In this document: piece by piece, positions 1 through 11,084 of the stretch | Layout of the letters: each line of letters starts with the position of its first letter | How positions within the stretch are numbered: the stretch's first letter is position 1 | Virus record (IMG/VR): IMGVR_UViG_3300031963_000013 | Length of the DNA: 64,000 nucleotides | Reading direction: 5' to 3' (one strand) | DNA from: a virus | Position numbers and translations under genes: made by a program | The notes under the pieces: model-generated | Databases searched by the model: none | What the model saw: the letters and a program-made list of their open reading frames with translations, nothing else | Told to the model about the DNA's origin: nothing

Positions 1-3000
1 TCGAAAAAGGTTTGGATAAAGACTTGTTAAGATACAAAATAGCCAAATCAGTAAGAAACAGCGACGGTAACTACGACGCGATGTTGGGAATAGTTACGAA
101 CTTTAGCTTTACTTCCAACACCGACGGCGGTTACGATTGTAGTTTAAAATTGATGAGTTTAGGCGTTTTGGGTGAAAGCGTTAGAGTTAACAACGTAAAC
201 AGTCTAACAAAAGTATTTAGCGCAGCGGTACAAAAGCTCATAAATAACGCAAACGCTGTAATTCGTAGAAATTATGAAAATGCAATAGCCGCTCAGATCC
301 AGAGTGCTTCTCAAAACGCTAGCACGATTGGTATGTGGCCACAGTGTTTTAAAACACTAGTTGACGCTGGTACTGCTAAAATACGGCGATTGTTCGACGG
401 TACGCACGTTATAGAATATCAAGACGTTAGAAATAAGATACTGTATTATTTTTATTATAATGGAAGATACGTGGACGCAAACAATCAACAAAAAGTGGGA
501 GATTGGAAGTGCGTTGGTAATATTTTATACATTGATGGAAATAGATTAATATTAAACGATCAATTTACGTATTCTCAAGCGGTTAATAGAGACAATATTA
601 ATAAGGTAAAAAGATATACTAGTGGATGGATTAAAAACTCTAGTCAATTTGAACAATTCAATTATATATACGCAGAAGGTAATACTGTTTTTATTGCATT
701 TGAAAAATTTCAAAAAATAATTTCACCAAGAGACGATACATTTAAAGCTAAGTTAGATTTTGATCAAATAGGCATTAATTCTGAAAATCTATGGAGTGTA
801 CCACCTCGTCTTCGATTTGAAGATCCGAGAGAAGTTGTTAGTGATAATAATAAATTAACTAGAGGATCTGGTGTTAACGCGTTTTTGATGTCTTCTTTTA
901 GTGAAAATACCTATAACAACATAAATTATAACTCAATAACCCGATATGAAGTTGAAGCAACTAATAAAATATTAGAGAGAGCATATTTTTATGATTCAAA
1001 GTATAAATTAAATAACGAATACATAGAGTTTACAATAAATGTATCTTATGAATTAGAGGATGAGTCATTAAAAACAGTAAATTATGTTGATGATATAGAA
1101 AAAAGATTGAATGATATAATTTCAAATAAAGATACGCCATTCGAAGTAAAAATAACCCGTTTTAGTAACTTAAGAGAGGGAGTTGATAAATTAAAATATC
1201 AAATAGATGGAACCTTTCCTATAAATGTAACCGAAACAATTACTCGCAGTTCACCAACAGGAGGAACATTAACTAAAACGCAAACAAAACCAAAAACAGT
1301 AACTTATAGAATTGAATTTGACGATAGCGATATATTCAAAGACATTCAAATAGAACCAGGATCAAACAGCCTAACCGGAAATTTAATAGATGCTACTGCA
1401 GCTGCTGAACAACAACCGCAAACTCAAGAAACACAGGAAGAGGAAGGTCCAACCTTGTTACAGTCATCTGAAATACAAAATAAAGAAGCAGCTCAATACA
1501 AATCCCAACTAGAGATAATACTTAGGGCTATACAATTGAACTCCTTTGCTACGGTTGAAAACATAACAGGAGTTACTAAAATACCGTGGTTAAAAAGCGA
1601 TAATAATAAAACAAATAAAACATTTGTAAAAGACCTCTTTATAAACGGGGCTTTCACAAAAGATTTTGATTATTTAACAAGCCCAAAGGTGTTAACTACG
1701 CAAGAAATAGAAGACTATTACACAAAACAAAATAGCGATCACCGGTTTAAAATTCAAGCTTTGTTTGGTTTTCACAAAGCTTTGATGTACGAGAATTACG
1801 ACGAGGGACTAAAAAATTCTTTTTTAGAAAAATTAAAAGAAGAAAAATACCAGGTAGATTTTGAACAGTTATTCACTTCTTACATAATACCCTACAGACA
1901 GAGTCAGAGTTTGATAGAGGGCGTTGACATTCACTACCCGTGTTATATACCATTGTCTTGGTTCTTTTTTATATTGAATCACTGTTGTTTGCTTTACGAC
2001 ACTAGTAAGAAAGACTCTAACGTACCTTTGTTTTATTTGGATTTCAACCCCAAGTCAAACGTGTGTCAAACTTCACCAAGCTCGTTAACAACCGATCCGT
2101 TGAAGTTTGTGATACCATTTAACGGTAATCTTAGTGATTATAAAGCAATCTTTGATAAATTGTTAGTTAATAACGAATATGTATTGGGTGATGAATCAGA
2201 TCCAGAGAATAAATTACCACAACAAAAATTGTGGAACGAGGATAGCATTTCTCAATCAATACCAAAAACAATAGATGGTGAGGATAAAAACGGCTATAGA
2301 TCTAAGTTTTTAAATACGTTGGTTAGCATAGATTACCTTTTGAGTTCAATTAAATCTTTCTCATTTAAAGACGAAACAGACAGCGTTTATTTTAAGGCTT
2401 TGATTGAAAACGTTTTAGCGGATTTGAGTAGGTATACAGGTTTAAATAACGCGTTTAGATTAAGCTATTGCGATGAAGCTAACTGTTTCGCAGTAGTCGA
2501 TGATCAATTTGTTCCAGGCGTAGCAATGGCAAACACTGTAGATGCATTAACTGAAAATGCGCATAAAAAATACAAAAGATTGGGATTAAGCACACAATGC
2601 GAATTGCCGCTATTCGGTAAAAAATCGGTAGCGAGGGATTTTAGAATCAGTACAGACATCAGCACAAAACTTGCGAGTATGCTTGCGATATCCGCAAACG
2701 CAGATGTTGGTAACAGAACAACAGCCGCAACTGATGCGACAACCTTTGGTAAACCTAACATAGGACTGGAAGATAGATATAAAACGGTTATAACCGCTAA
2801 CCAAGACAATGAGCTCAACAAAAAAGCAAACGATAGGAATGTAGTTAGATCTGAAAGAGAGGCCGCTCAGCAATTCAATAACGCTATATCCATGTTTTAC
2901 AAAGGCGCGCCAATAGGAGGAACAACTGGGGATGCGATAACAGAAAATTACACGTCTCACGCCACGTCTTACTACGTAGAACGCGTTGCCAAACTAAGGG

Positions 3001-3845
3001 GAGAGGACTCCGGTTCTGAATCTACCATGGTATTACCGTTATCTATCGACTTTTCGACAGACGGAATTTCAGGTTTGTCAATGATGCAAGGTTTTACCGT
3101 TAACGATCAACTGTTACCCTACTCGTATACTTCTACAAATCTAAGTCGATTAAAAGGCAAAGATAGAAGAGTGGGATTCGTTGTTACAGGCTTGAATCAC
3201 ACGATAGAAAACAACACTTGGACCACAGAAGTAAAAGGCAACATGTATTTTATCAAGAGTAAAGAAGACTTTAATAGACAGGCCGGTAAACAAGCTCAGG
3301 GTAACTTTGTTATTCCTTTGTTACAAACATTTAACCAATCTTCTGCAAACACAGAATATACGACTGATAATAAACAATCTTCACAAGAAGCAAAAACAGC
3401 GGCAGAAAAATATTTACGCAGAGCAATAACAGATAAAGAATGGAATGAATTAGTTTCTGCAGTATTTGCTGAGGCTAGTAGAAATACGACTGAAGAAGCA
3501 TGGGTAATGGCAGTGATACTAAATAGAACTAGAACTAAATTTAATAAAGCTAATACAATAACAGATGTGTTAACTCAAAAATTCCAATTCCAATCTGTTA
3601 CAGGGGATAAGAAGAATGGATATAGGCCTAAAGAAAATTATATAAAAGGACCTTCCTCAAGGCAAGCTAATTCTATATATAATGCGACTAAGATATTGGA
3701 GACAATACCAGAAAATTATTTATATTTTACGTCTAATGTAGTTGCAGCATACAAAGACGTACCAAACGGTTTAAATTTTAGAGATTCATTGTTGAAAAAA
3801 GGCGGAAAAATAATAGGCGATACTATATTCTCAACAACAGCGTAA
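1..3845 (+). CDS. Large virion (baseplate hub/tail-associated) protein with C-terminal SleB/Hydrolase_2-type cell-wall hydrolase; 5'-truncated by window edge
   Basis: Frame is open from the window start. C-terminal ~150 aa has SleB-like motifs AVFAEASR, VMAVILNR, DVLTQKFQF, YLYF, IGDTIF. The preceding DGISG..GF.V...LLP..Y..F.VTGLNHTI....WTT resembles a hub-protein end. Confidence 0.7.
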   Translation, partial: EKGLDKDLLRYKIAKSVRNSDGNYDAMLGIVTNFSFTSNTDGGYDCSLKLMSLGVLGESVRVNNVNSLTKVFSAAVQKLINNANAVIRRNYENAIAAQIQSASQNASTIGMWPQCFKTLVDAGTAKIRRLFDGTHVIEYQDVRNKILYYFYYNGRYVDANNQQKVGDWKCVGNILYIDGNRLILNDQFTYSQAVNRDNINKVKRYTSGWIKNSSQFEQFNYIYAEGNTVFIAFEKFQKIISPRDDTFKAKLDFDQIGINSENLWSVPPRLRFEDPREVVSDNNKLTRGSGVNAFLMSSFSENTYNNINYNSITRYEVEATNKILERAYFYDSKYKLNNEYIEFTINVSYELEDESLKTVNYVDDIEKRLNDIISNKDTPFEVKITRFSNLREGVDKLKYQIDGTFPINVTETITRSSPTGGTLTKTQTKPKTVTYRIEFDDSDIFKDIQIEPGSNSLTGNLIDATAAAEQQPQTQETQEEEGPTLLQSSEIQNKEAAQYKSQLEIILRAIQLNSFATVENITGVTKIPWLKSDNNKTNKTFVKDLFINGAFTKDFDYLTSPKVLTTQEIEDYYTKQNSDHRFKIQALFGFHKALMYENYDEGLKNSFLEKLKEEKYQVDFEQLFTSYIIPYRQSQSLIEGVDIHYPCYIPLSWFFFILNHCCLLYDTSKKDSNVPLFYLDFNPKSNVCQTSPSSLTTDPLKFVIPFNGNLSDYKAIFDKLLVNNEYVLGDESDPENKLPQQKLWNEDSISQSIPKTIDGEDKNGYRSKFLNTLVSIDYLLSSIKSFSFKDETDSVYFKALIENVLADLSRYTGLNNAFRLSYCDEANCFAVVDDQFVPGVAMANTVDALTENAHKKYKRLGLSTQCELPLFGKKSVARDFRISTDISTKLASMLAISANADVGNRTTAATDATTFGKPNIGLEDRYKTVITANQDNELNKKANDRNVVRSEREAAQQFNNAISMFYKGAPIGGTTGDAITENYTSHATSYYVERVAKLRGEDSGSESTMVLPLSIDFSTDGISGLSMMQGFTVNDQLLPYSYTSTNLSRLKGKDRRVGFVVTGLNHTIENNTWTTEVKGNMYFIKSKEDFNRQAGKQAQGNFVIPLLQTFNQSSANTEYTTDNKQSSQEAKTAAEKYLRRAITDKEWNELVSAVFAEASRNTTEEAWVMAVILNRTRTKFNKANTITDVLTQKFQFQSVTGDKKNGYRPKENYIKGPSSRQANSIYNATKILETIPENYLYFTSNVVAAYKDVPNGLNFRDSLLKKGGKIIGDTIFSTTA

Positions 3846-3846
3846 T

Positions 3847-4491
3847 ATGTCAATAAGATACTATCCATCATTTAGAGTAAAGACAAATTTAAGAACAGAG
3901 GGAAGCGACTTTCTCTTGAACGGAAAACCGTACAGGGGTTTTTATTACCAAACCTTTGACAGCAGGTTCTATTCAGGCAAGAATCCAGCTACTGGTAAAA
4001 ACGAGAGACTCACTCCAATCTCTACGTACGAGAACGCTCCCGGCATAAACGACTACGTTGCCCCGTATTCTGCTGTTGAGAAATTCGCTTCTTCAACAGG
4101 AGTAAAAAGACTGACCGCCGTACAACCAAACAAAACAGAACCCGTGTCTTATTATCCCACACCAACTGAGCAAGACTACAAAAAGGGCTCAATAGTTAGG
4201 TACTTTGTGAAGAGGATCAACGATCAGGGATACGTAAAAGAAATATCGCAAGAAGAGTATGCTTCGATAAAAAACGGTACAGCCACTTACGACGTATCTT
4301 TCTACCAAATAGCCGAGCTTTTTTGGAAACTAACTGGACCTATAAACACTGTTAGGCTTTCTCAATACGACATAAGAGCGGGCATAGTTGATACAAATAA
4401 GCGACTCACTGAAAACTTAGACAAAACTTTCCTTGGAATAAAAGCGTTCATAGGTGAGGAGTACGCGAAATTTTCAAGAGTCACCCAATAG
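3847..4491 (+). CDS. Hypothetical phage protein, probably baseplate-associated
   Basis: 214 aa ORF directly coupled to the virion gene; function inferred from context only. Confidence 0.5.
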   Translation: MSIRYYPSFRVKTNLRTEGSDFLLNGKPYRGFYYQTFDSRFYSGKNPATGKNERLTPISTYENAPGINDYVAPYSAVEKFASSTGVKRLTAVQPNKTEPVSYYPTPTEQDYKKGSIVRYFVKRINDQGYVKEISQEEYASIKNGTATYDVSFYQIAELFWKLTGPINTVRLSQYDIRAGIVDTNKRLTENLDKTFLGIKAFIGEEYAKFSRVTQ

Positions 4492-4545
4492 ATAAGTTTT
4501 TCTGGCTAATTTATAGCAATTATATTGCGTTAAAATAAAGGTTAT

Positions 4546-5844
4546 ATGTATTTTTTGATTGAGACAGAAGATCAACTGCGATCTTTACCGATAACTGATA
4601 CTTGTTTTGTACAAGCAGTTCCTTACAACTACAATTATAATCCTGTTTTATCAAAAGCGTGTCTGTTCTATTATAGAACAAAAGATAAGGGTTACATAAT
4701 GTCCATAGATCACTCTGAAACCTTTTCTCTAAAGGAATGTCTTATTGTAGATTTTATAGAAAAACACAAAAAGGTATTCTTACTAAACAAAAAATTCCAC
4801 TCAAAATACTTTAACACAAAAAATGCTGTGGATCTTTTGTTCACAGAGTTAGAGTTAAACGGAGAAATATCAAATCAAGAACTAAGGACAACAGTACAGA
4901 TAGATTACGATAGAAGATTTTACGATTTAGATTATTTAAACAAAGTTCTACCTATAACTAAACACTACGAACACTTAGAGAACCTGTACGATAAATACAG
5001 CGAGTACATAAAAAAGTGCGCTAGTAACGAAAAGATAGACAAAGTTATAGAAGCGTACGATTACGTTGAAAGGTCCCCCATAAGAGTTAAATTACAGGAC
5101 TTTTTAACAGTTAATTCAGTAAAAAACCAAAGCGTGTTTATAGAAGGAGACCTAGTGTACGGAAACTATAATTTGTACAATCAAACGGGACGTCCCACAA
5201 ACTCTTTTAACGGGGTTAACTTTCTTGCAATACCAAAGAAAGAAGAACACAGAAAGTGCATCATTCCCAGTAACGACTACTTTGTTGAGTTTGATTTCGA
5301 TGCTTACCACGTGAGATTGATAGCTAACGAATTAGGCATCAAACTACCAGACACCTCTGTCCACGAGTACTTGGCCAAGCAGTACCTCCAAAAGGACAAC
5401 ATATCAGAGAGCGAATACAAACAATCCAAGACAGAAACCTTCTCTGCGCTGTATGGGAACGCATCCGGTAAGCACCATCACGTACCGATCATAAAAGCGA
5501 TACATGATCTATCCCAAAAAATAACGCGCAGGTACGACTCGGATGAGCTCCTGGAGCTGCCTACCGGAGTAAAAATACACAAAAAGTGCGGTCCGGATTC
5601 TAATAAGATATTCAATTACTATGTACAGAATTTAGAAACTTACAATAACGTTGAAAAAATACTGCAATTGAAGAAATTGCTAAAAGGCAAAAAGACAAGG
5701 CTTTTACTCATAACATACGATTCGTTTTTGTTCGATTATTCGGTAGAAGACGGTAAAGAGTTGCTTGTGAGCATCAAGAGCACTTTAGAGAAAAACAACA
5801 CTCCGGTGAAGTTTAAATACGGTAAAGATTACTCCTTCATATAA
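4546..5844 (+). CDS. Short, divergent family-A DNA polymerase-like protein
   Basis: TGR motif; motif A EFDFDAYHVRL; motif B SKTETFSALYG; motif C LITYDSFLFD; 432 aa. Confidence 0.8.
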   Translation: MYFLIETEDQLRSLPITDTCFVQAVPYNYNYNPVLSKACLFYYRTKDKGYIMSIDHSETFSLKECLIVDFIEKHKKVFLLNKKFHSKYFNTKNAVDLLFTELELNGEISNQELRTTVQIDYDRRFYDLDYLNKVLPITKHYEHLENLYDKYSEYIKKCASNEKIDKVIEAYDYVERSPIRVKLQDFLTVNSVKNQSVFIEGDLVYGNYNLYNQTGRPTNSFNGVNFLAIPKKEEHRKCIIPSNDYFVEFDFDAYHVRLIANELGIKLPDTSVHEYLAKQYLQKDNISESEYKQSKTETFSALYGNASGKHHHVPIIKAIHDLSQKITRRYDSDELLELPTGVKIHKKCGPDSNKIFNYYVQNLETYNNVEKILQLKKLLKGKKTRLLLITYDSFLFDYSVEDGKELLVSIKSTLEKNNTPVKFKYGKDYSFI

Positions 5845-5869
5845 TTTAATATATTTATAGATACTAGTT

Positions 5870-6298
5870 ATGATGTTTTTACAAGAAGACGAACTTTCAA
5901 GAGAAATGATGACAAACAAACTGTTCTGTACATTCACAACAGAAGAACATTTGGACGAGCTAATATCAGAAATAAATAGGGAATACCCAGTTCTTTATAA
6001 AAAGATTTTTGTGCTAAGTTCCCCAGACTCCGAAGAACTGATGTGCACATATAACATAGACTACGAGGTTACCCAACCACGCATAATAAAAAATACGATA
6101 CTTGTTCACAGAAAAAAAGAAACAAACACGCTATACACAATAAACTCTTTGAACGCTTTGATCATGAGTTTAAACGGAGGAGTGTTGAACAACAAGTATC
6201 CAATTCACTGGCCAGACTACAGAAACTCGATATTGCTAGTGCAAGACGGGGGTTTCAAAAAGAGAAACACCGAAGTTAAAAAGGTAGTACACTTGTAA
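5870..6298 (+). CDS. Hypothetical phage protein
   Basis: 142 aa ORF preceded by TATTTATA at 5852. Confidence 0.6.
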   Translation: MMFLQEDELSREMMTNKLFCTFTTEEHLDELISEINREYPVLYKKIFVLSSPDSEELMCTYNIDYEVTQPRIIKNTILVHRKKETNTLYTINSLNALIMSLNGGVLNNKYPIHWPDYRNSILLVQDGGFKKRNTEVKKVVHL

Positions 6299-6357
6299 CG
6301 TAATCTTTAGATTTTAACTCTTTTCACATATATTTACTCAATAAAGTTACAAAAATT

Positions 6358-7194
6358 ATGGACATCAAGCAGTTACGCGCACGCCTTGAAGCGCTACAGA
6401 ACCCTAAGAGTTCTCAAAAAGGCGATTTACCAAAGACCCTATGGGCACCGACTGTTGGAAAGCATTCGGTTAGAATTGTACCTTCTATGTACAATAAAAC
6501 AAATCCGTTCACAGAGCTTTATTTCCACTACGAGATTGGCAACAAAACGATGATTTCTTTGACAAATTTTGGAGAGAAGGATCCCATCGTAGAGTTCGCG
6601 CAAAAGCTTAGAAAATCCTCAGAAAGGGAGGATTGGATGCTTGCAAAGAAGCTTGAACCAAAGATGCGAGTTTTTGCTCCCGTTATCGTTAGAGGACAAG
6701 AAGACAAAGGCGTCATGTTATGGGGCTTCGGAAAACAAATCTTTATGGACTTGTTATCTATTGCTGAAGACGAGGACGTAGGAGACTACACAGACGCTCT
6801 CTCTGGCAGAGATATAACTATCGAGACGCTGGGAAAGGAAACAACAGGTCTTACTTACAACAAATCTACGATCAGAGTTAGAACAAAAGTTACGCCTCTT
6901 TCAGAAAACGCAGACGAGATCAAGAAGTGGTTACAAAACCAACCCGATCCAAAAGCGCAATTTAAAAAATACGGTTATGACGAATTGAAAGCAGCTCTTT
7001 TGGGTTACTTGAATCCAGAATCTGAAGAAGAAACAACCACTACGACTGTAGCGCCACAAAAGCCCGCAGAAGAGCAAACAACTGGTGATTTACCCTGGGA
7101 GAAAAAACCAGAGGGTGAGTCAAACAAAAAGTACTCTTTAAATACATCGAAACCAGACGTTGACTCTAAGATAGACGAATTATTCGATTTCTAA
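6358..7194 (+). CDS. Single-stranded DNA-binding protein (T4 gp32-like)
   Basis: VRIVP..ELYFHY..DPI, LWGFGK, D.TD...GRDI motifs; acidic tail IDELFDF; lies before the recombinase. Confidence 0.8.
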   Translation: MDIKQLRARLEALQNPKSSQKGDLPKTLWAPTVGKHSVRIVPSMYNKTNPFTELYFHYEIGNKTMISLTNFGEKDPIVEFAQKLRKSSEREDWMLAKKLEPKMRVFAPVIVRGQEDKGVMLWGFGKQIFMDLLSIAEDEDVGDYTDALSGRDITIETLGKETTGLTYNKSTIRVRTKVTPLSENADEIKKWLQNQPDPKAQFKKYGYDELKAALLGYLNPESEEETTTTTVAPQKPAEEQTTGDLPWEKKPEGESNKKYSLNTSKPDVDSKIDELFDF

Positions 7195-7204
7195 CAACCA
7201 CATA

Positions 7205-7230
7205 AAAGCCCCTCTAACGAGGGGCATTTT
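7205..7230 (+). terminator. Intrinsic terminator-like hairpin
   Basis: GCCCCTC-TAAC-GAGGGGC followed by ATTTT after the SSB gene. Confidence 0.7.
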
Positions 7231-7238
7231 AATCTAAT

Positions 7239-8306
7239 ATGGCAAAAGCTACAAAAAGTTTGAATGGCGCCATTTCCGGAGCAGTGAAGGGCCAATTCAA
7301 TTTAGAGAATTTTAAAAAGAAAAAGAACTTAAGCACAACTTCCGTAAAGTTTAAGGACGATAGGTGGATACCTCTCTCAAAAGCTTTTCAAGAGGCTTTA
7401 CAGATTCCTGGTTTACCGATCGGTCACATATCGCTTTTAAGAGGGCACTCAGACACAGGAAAAACAACGGCTTTATTGGAAGCAGCAGTATCGTGTCAAA
7501 AGATGGGCGTACTGCCGGTGTTCATTATCACAGAGATGAAGTGGTCTTGGGAACACGCAAGACTCATGGGACTTCAATTCAACGAAGTCGCAGATTCAGA
7601 TGGAGTTGTTTGCGATTACGACGGCTTCTTTATATACGTAGATAGAGAAAAGTTGAATTGCGTTGAAGACGTTGCAGCGTTTATCGCAGACATACTAGAC
7701 GAACAAAAGAAGGGCAACTTGCCTTACGACCTTTGTTTCTTCTGGGACTCTGTTGGTTCGATACCGTGTAAAATGTCTGTAGATAAGTCCACTAACAATA
7801 ACGAGTGGAACGCAGGAGCTATGTCACAGCAGTTCGGTAACTTCATCAACCAAAGAATAGTATTGTCAAGAAAGGAAAGTCAACAGTACACAAACACGCT
7901 CATCGCTATTAACAAAGTGTGGGTGGCAAAGCCTGACAATCCAATGAGTCAACCAACCCTACAGAACAAAGGGGGTAATACCATGTACTTCGACGCTTCT
8001 CTAGTTATCACTTTCGGTAACGTAGCAAAGGCGGGTACAAACAAAATCAAAGCAACTAAAGGCGGTAAAGATATCGAATTTGCTAAAAGAACAAGAATAT
8101 CCTGCGATAAGAATCACGTTACTGGGGTTACAGCTGTCACAAAAGTGATAATGACTCCCCACGGATTTATTGCTGATTCACCGTCGTCTATAAACAATTA
8201 CAAAAACGATCATTCGGAAGAATGGATGAAAGTGTTCGGATCAACAGACTTTGAATTGATAGAAGAGCAAGTGGAAACCTCAGTAGTTTACGACGATACA
8301 GAATAA
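7239..8306 (+). CDS. RecA/UvsX-family recombinase
   Basis: GLPIGHISLLRGHSDTGKT (Walker A), FFWDSVG (Walker B), KGG..MYF.AS. Confidence 0.85.
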   Translation: MAKATKSLNGAISGAVKGQFNLENFKKKKNLSTTSVKFKDDRWIPLSKAFQEALQIPGLPIGHISLLRGHSDTGKTTALLEAAVSCQKMGVLPVFIITEMKWSWEHARLMGLQFNEVADSDGVVCDYDGFFIYVDREKLNCVEDVAAFIADILDEQKKGNLPYDLCFFWDSVGSIPCKMSVDKSTNNNEWNAGAMSQQFGNFINQRIVLSRKESQQYTNTLIAINKVWVAKPDNPMSQPTLQNKGGNTMYFDASLVITFGNVAKAGTNKIKATKGGKDIEFAKRTRISCDKNHVTGVTAVTKVIMTPHGFIADSPSSINNYKNDHSEEWMKVFGSTDFELIEEQVETSVVYDDTE

Positions 8307-8315
8307 AAACAAACA

Positions 8316-9332
8316 ATGAAAGAAGATTATAAAAAAATGTTCGACTCTCTCACAGAACAAAAAGAGGAGTTGAATATAGACAGTCGTGTGTTGTTGATAG
8401 ACTCTTTGAACATGTTCATGAGGTCTTTCGCAATAATACAACACACAAACAAAAGTTTAACACCTATAGGAGGCCTAACAGGTTTCCTTAGGTCGTTAGG
8501 CAGCTCGATAAGCCTCGTAAGACCAACGAGAGTTATACTAGTTTTCGATGGCAAAGGTTCTTCGACAAACAAGAGGTACATATATCCAGAGTACAAAGCA
8601 AACAGAGGCATAAGAAGGATAACCAACTGGGATCACTACGAGAATCAAGAAGATGAGTCAGAATCCATGACTAACCAACTTGTTAGATTGATAGAATACC
8701 TAAAGTGTTTACCCGTAGATCTTGTTTCTATTGACAAAATTGAAGCAGACGACGTGATAGGACGCTTAGCAAAGAAGTACGGAAAAGAAGTCACCGTAGT
8801 TTCAAGCGATAGGGATTACTTGCAATTGGTCGACGATAGGATAACTGTGTTTTCTCCCACAAAAAAGATATTCTACAATAAACGTAGAGTTCTAGAGGAA
8901 TACGGTGTACACCCAAACAATTTCTTGATTCAGAAGATGCTTCTCGGAGACACTGGTGATAACGTTCCAGGCGTCAACGGTCTTGGCCAAAAGACACTAT
9001 TGAAGGAGTTTCCAAAGCTGGCCAACGAGACGCCAGTAACCCTGGAAGAGATTTTGGAAGTTTGCGAAGGCGGAAGTAAGAAAGTTCATGGAAATGTATT
9101 AAGTTTCAAGAACCAACTGAAGATAAACCAGTTGTTGATGGACCTTAACAATCCTAACATACCTGATGAAGACGTACTCGCTCTCGAAAACATGCTACTA
9201 GAACCGTATAAGCATTTTGATTCCCAGGAATTTGTAAAATTGTATAACGAAGACGATTTAGGCGCTAGCATAAAAGAACCGAGATCGTGGCTATACAAAA
9301 ATTTTAACGAACTAAGTAAATACAAAATGTAA
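8316..9332 (+). CDS. 5'-3' exonuclease / flap endonuclease (PolI 5' domain or T4 RNase H-like)
   Basis: LLIDSLN, VFDG, YPEYKANR, EADDVIG, SSDRDYLQL, GDTGDNVPGVNGLGQKT. Confidence 0.92.
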   Translation: MKEDYKKMFDSLTEQKEELNIDSRVLLIDSLNMFMRSFAIIQHTNKSLTPIGGLTGFLRSLGSSISLVRPTRVILVFDGKGSSTNKRYIYPEYKANRGIRRITNWDHYENQEDESESMTNQLVRLIEYLKCLPVDLVSIDKIEADDVIGRLAKKYGKEVTVVSSDRDYLQLVDDRITVFSPTKKIFYNKRRVLEEYGVHPNNFLIQKMLLGDTGDNVPGVNGLGQKTLLKEFPKLANETPVTLEEILEVCEGGSKKVHGNVLSFKNQLKINQLLMDLNNPNIPDEDVLALENMLLEPYKHFDSQEFVKLYNEDDLGASIKEPRSWLYKNFNELSKYKM

Positions 9333-9333
9333 T

Positions 9334-10713
9334 ATGAGTACACTAAATACGTTGCAACAATACGGGGTTGGATTTCAGATAAAAGTGTTGTCTTCTTTGC
9401 TAAAACATAAAGAGTTTCTACACGGTATATACGATATTTTAAATCACGAAGAGTTCGATAATCCTGCGCACCGTTGGATTGTTTCAGAAACTCTAAAGTA
9501 CTATTCCAAGTACCACACTAATCCAACGCCAGAGTACATGGCTGTAGAAGCCAAGAAATTGGATAATGAGATTTTAAAGATAAGCGTAGTAGAACAGTTA
9601 AAAGAGTGCTTAAAAGCCATTAACGAAGACAGGGAATACGTTGAGATCGAGTTCAGCAACTTCTGTAGAAACCAAAAGCTTAAGCAAGCGTTGATGAGTT
9701 CTGTAGAAATGTTAACCAAGGGTCAATACGACGATATCAGATCTACAATCGATCAAGCTCTAAAGGCGGGTCAAAGTCGAGACATCGGACACGAATACGA
9801 AAAAGACATAGAAACTAGATACCGCTTGGAAGAACGCGGAGCAGTTCCAACAGCTTGGGAACACATAAATGAGTTATTGATGGGAGGTTTAGGAGGCGGA
9901 GATTTGGGCATGGTATTGGGATCCCCAGGTGGAGGTAAGTCTTGGTTTTTAATTAATCTGGGCGCAATGGCTGTAAAGGCTGGATACAACGTGAATCACT
10001 ACACTTTGGAGCTTTCTCAAGAATACGTAGCAAAAAGGTACGATTCTCTATTCACAGGCATTGAGTTTCAAAACATACACAAGAAAGAGAACAGAGAGTT
10101 GATAGAAAGCACAATACAACAGCTGCCAGGCAAACTGTTAGTTAGAGAATATCCAATGGGAAAAACAACTGTATCAACAATAGAAACTCACATTCAAAAG
10201 TGCGTCAGTCTGGGAAACAAACCAGATCTGGTGATAATAGACTACGTGGATCTGATAAAATCAAGATCTAAGTCGAGCGAAAGAAAGGACGAGATAGACG
10301 ATGTATACACTTCTGTGAAAGGTCTTGCTAGACAGCTCAAGCTTCCAATATGGACTGTAAGTCAAGTTAATAGAATGGGAAGCAAAGACGATATCATCGA
10401 AGCGGATAAGATAGCTGGTTCTTACGATAAGATCATGATTGCCGATTTCGCAATGTCTCTATCTAGAAAAAGGGAAGACAAATTGAACGGCACAGGTAGA
10501 ATTCACGTCATAAAGAACCGATTCGGTTCAGACGGCATGACTTTTGCTGCTAAAATAGACACCTCTAACGGAAACATACAGATAGATTCTAACGAATTAG
10601 ACGAATCGGAGATACAAACTTACGATAATAACAAACAAAATAATAACATGAATAACTCTGACCGAAGATATTTATCAGATATGGCTAACAAATTTTTTGA
10701 GCTAGGGGGTTAA
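9334..10713 (+). CDS. Replicative DnaB/gp41-like helicase
   Basis: GSPGGGKS, YTLEL, VIIDYVDL, TVSQVNR, KNRFG. Confidence 0.92.
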   Translation: MSTLNTLQQYGVGFQIKVLSSLLKHKEFLHGIYDILNHEEFDNPAHRWIVSETLKYYSKYHTNPTPEYMAVEAKKLDNEILKISVVEQLKECLKAINEDREYVEIEFSNFCRNQKLKQALMSSVEMLTKGQYDDIRSTIDQALKAGQSRDIGHEYEKDIETRYRLEERGAVPTAWEHINELLMGGLGGGDLGMVLGSPGGGKSWFLINLGAMAVKAGYNVNHYTLELSQEYVAKRYDSLFTGIEFQNIHKKENRELIESTIQQLPGKLLVREYPMGKTTVSTIETHIQKCVSLGNKPDLVIIDYVDLIKSRSKSSERKDEIDDVYTSVKGLARQLKLPIWTVSQVNRMGSKDDIIEADKIAGSYDKIMIADFAMSLSRKREDKLNGTGRIHVIKNRFGSDGMTFAAKIDTSNGNIQIDSNELDESEIQTYDNNKQNNNMNNSDRRYLSDMANKFFELGG

Positions 10714-10760
10714 AATCGAAAAACAAACATATTTATTGATACAGTTAAAACATTAAGAAA

Positions 10761-10961
10761 ATGAGCTTATTAAATAAATTTTTGAACGCGATCAAGGGTG
10801 ACGGTTTTAGATTGTCTGATAATCCTCCCAAGTATACTGATGAAATGTTACTCATGAACGCTGAGGCTAACTCAACGGCTGCTGTTAACTCAACAAAAAA
10901 CGTTTTGAAAACTCAAAAGGCTGTTAATAAAGCTAACACCACTATACCAAGCGGTAGATAG
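10761..10961 (+). CDS. Small hypothetical protein
   Basis: 66 aa ORF with TATTTAT at 10730. Confidence 0.55.
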   Translation: MSLLNKFLNAIKGDGFRLSDNPPKYTDEMLLMNAEANSTAAVNSTKNVLKTQKAVNKANTTIPSGR

Positions 10962-11084
10962 TTAACTCAAACATCACATTACTACTATTCATTTTTTGAT
11001 TGAAAGATCAAGGGTAAAATTTTTTGCTATAGAGAAAACCTATAGGGTATATTATATTATTTAAAATTTAAACTTATATGTAAA

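Noticed and set aside
10962-11084. Cobalamin riboswitch upstream of nrdJ
   Set aside because: Short AT-rich spacer with no B12-box elements.
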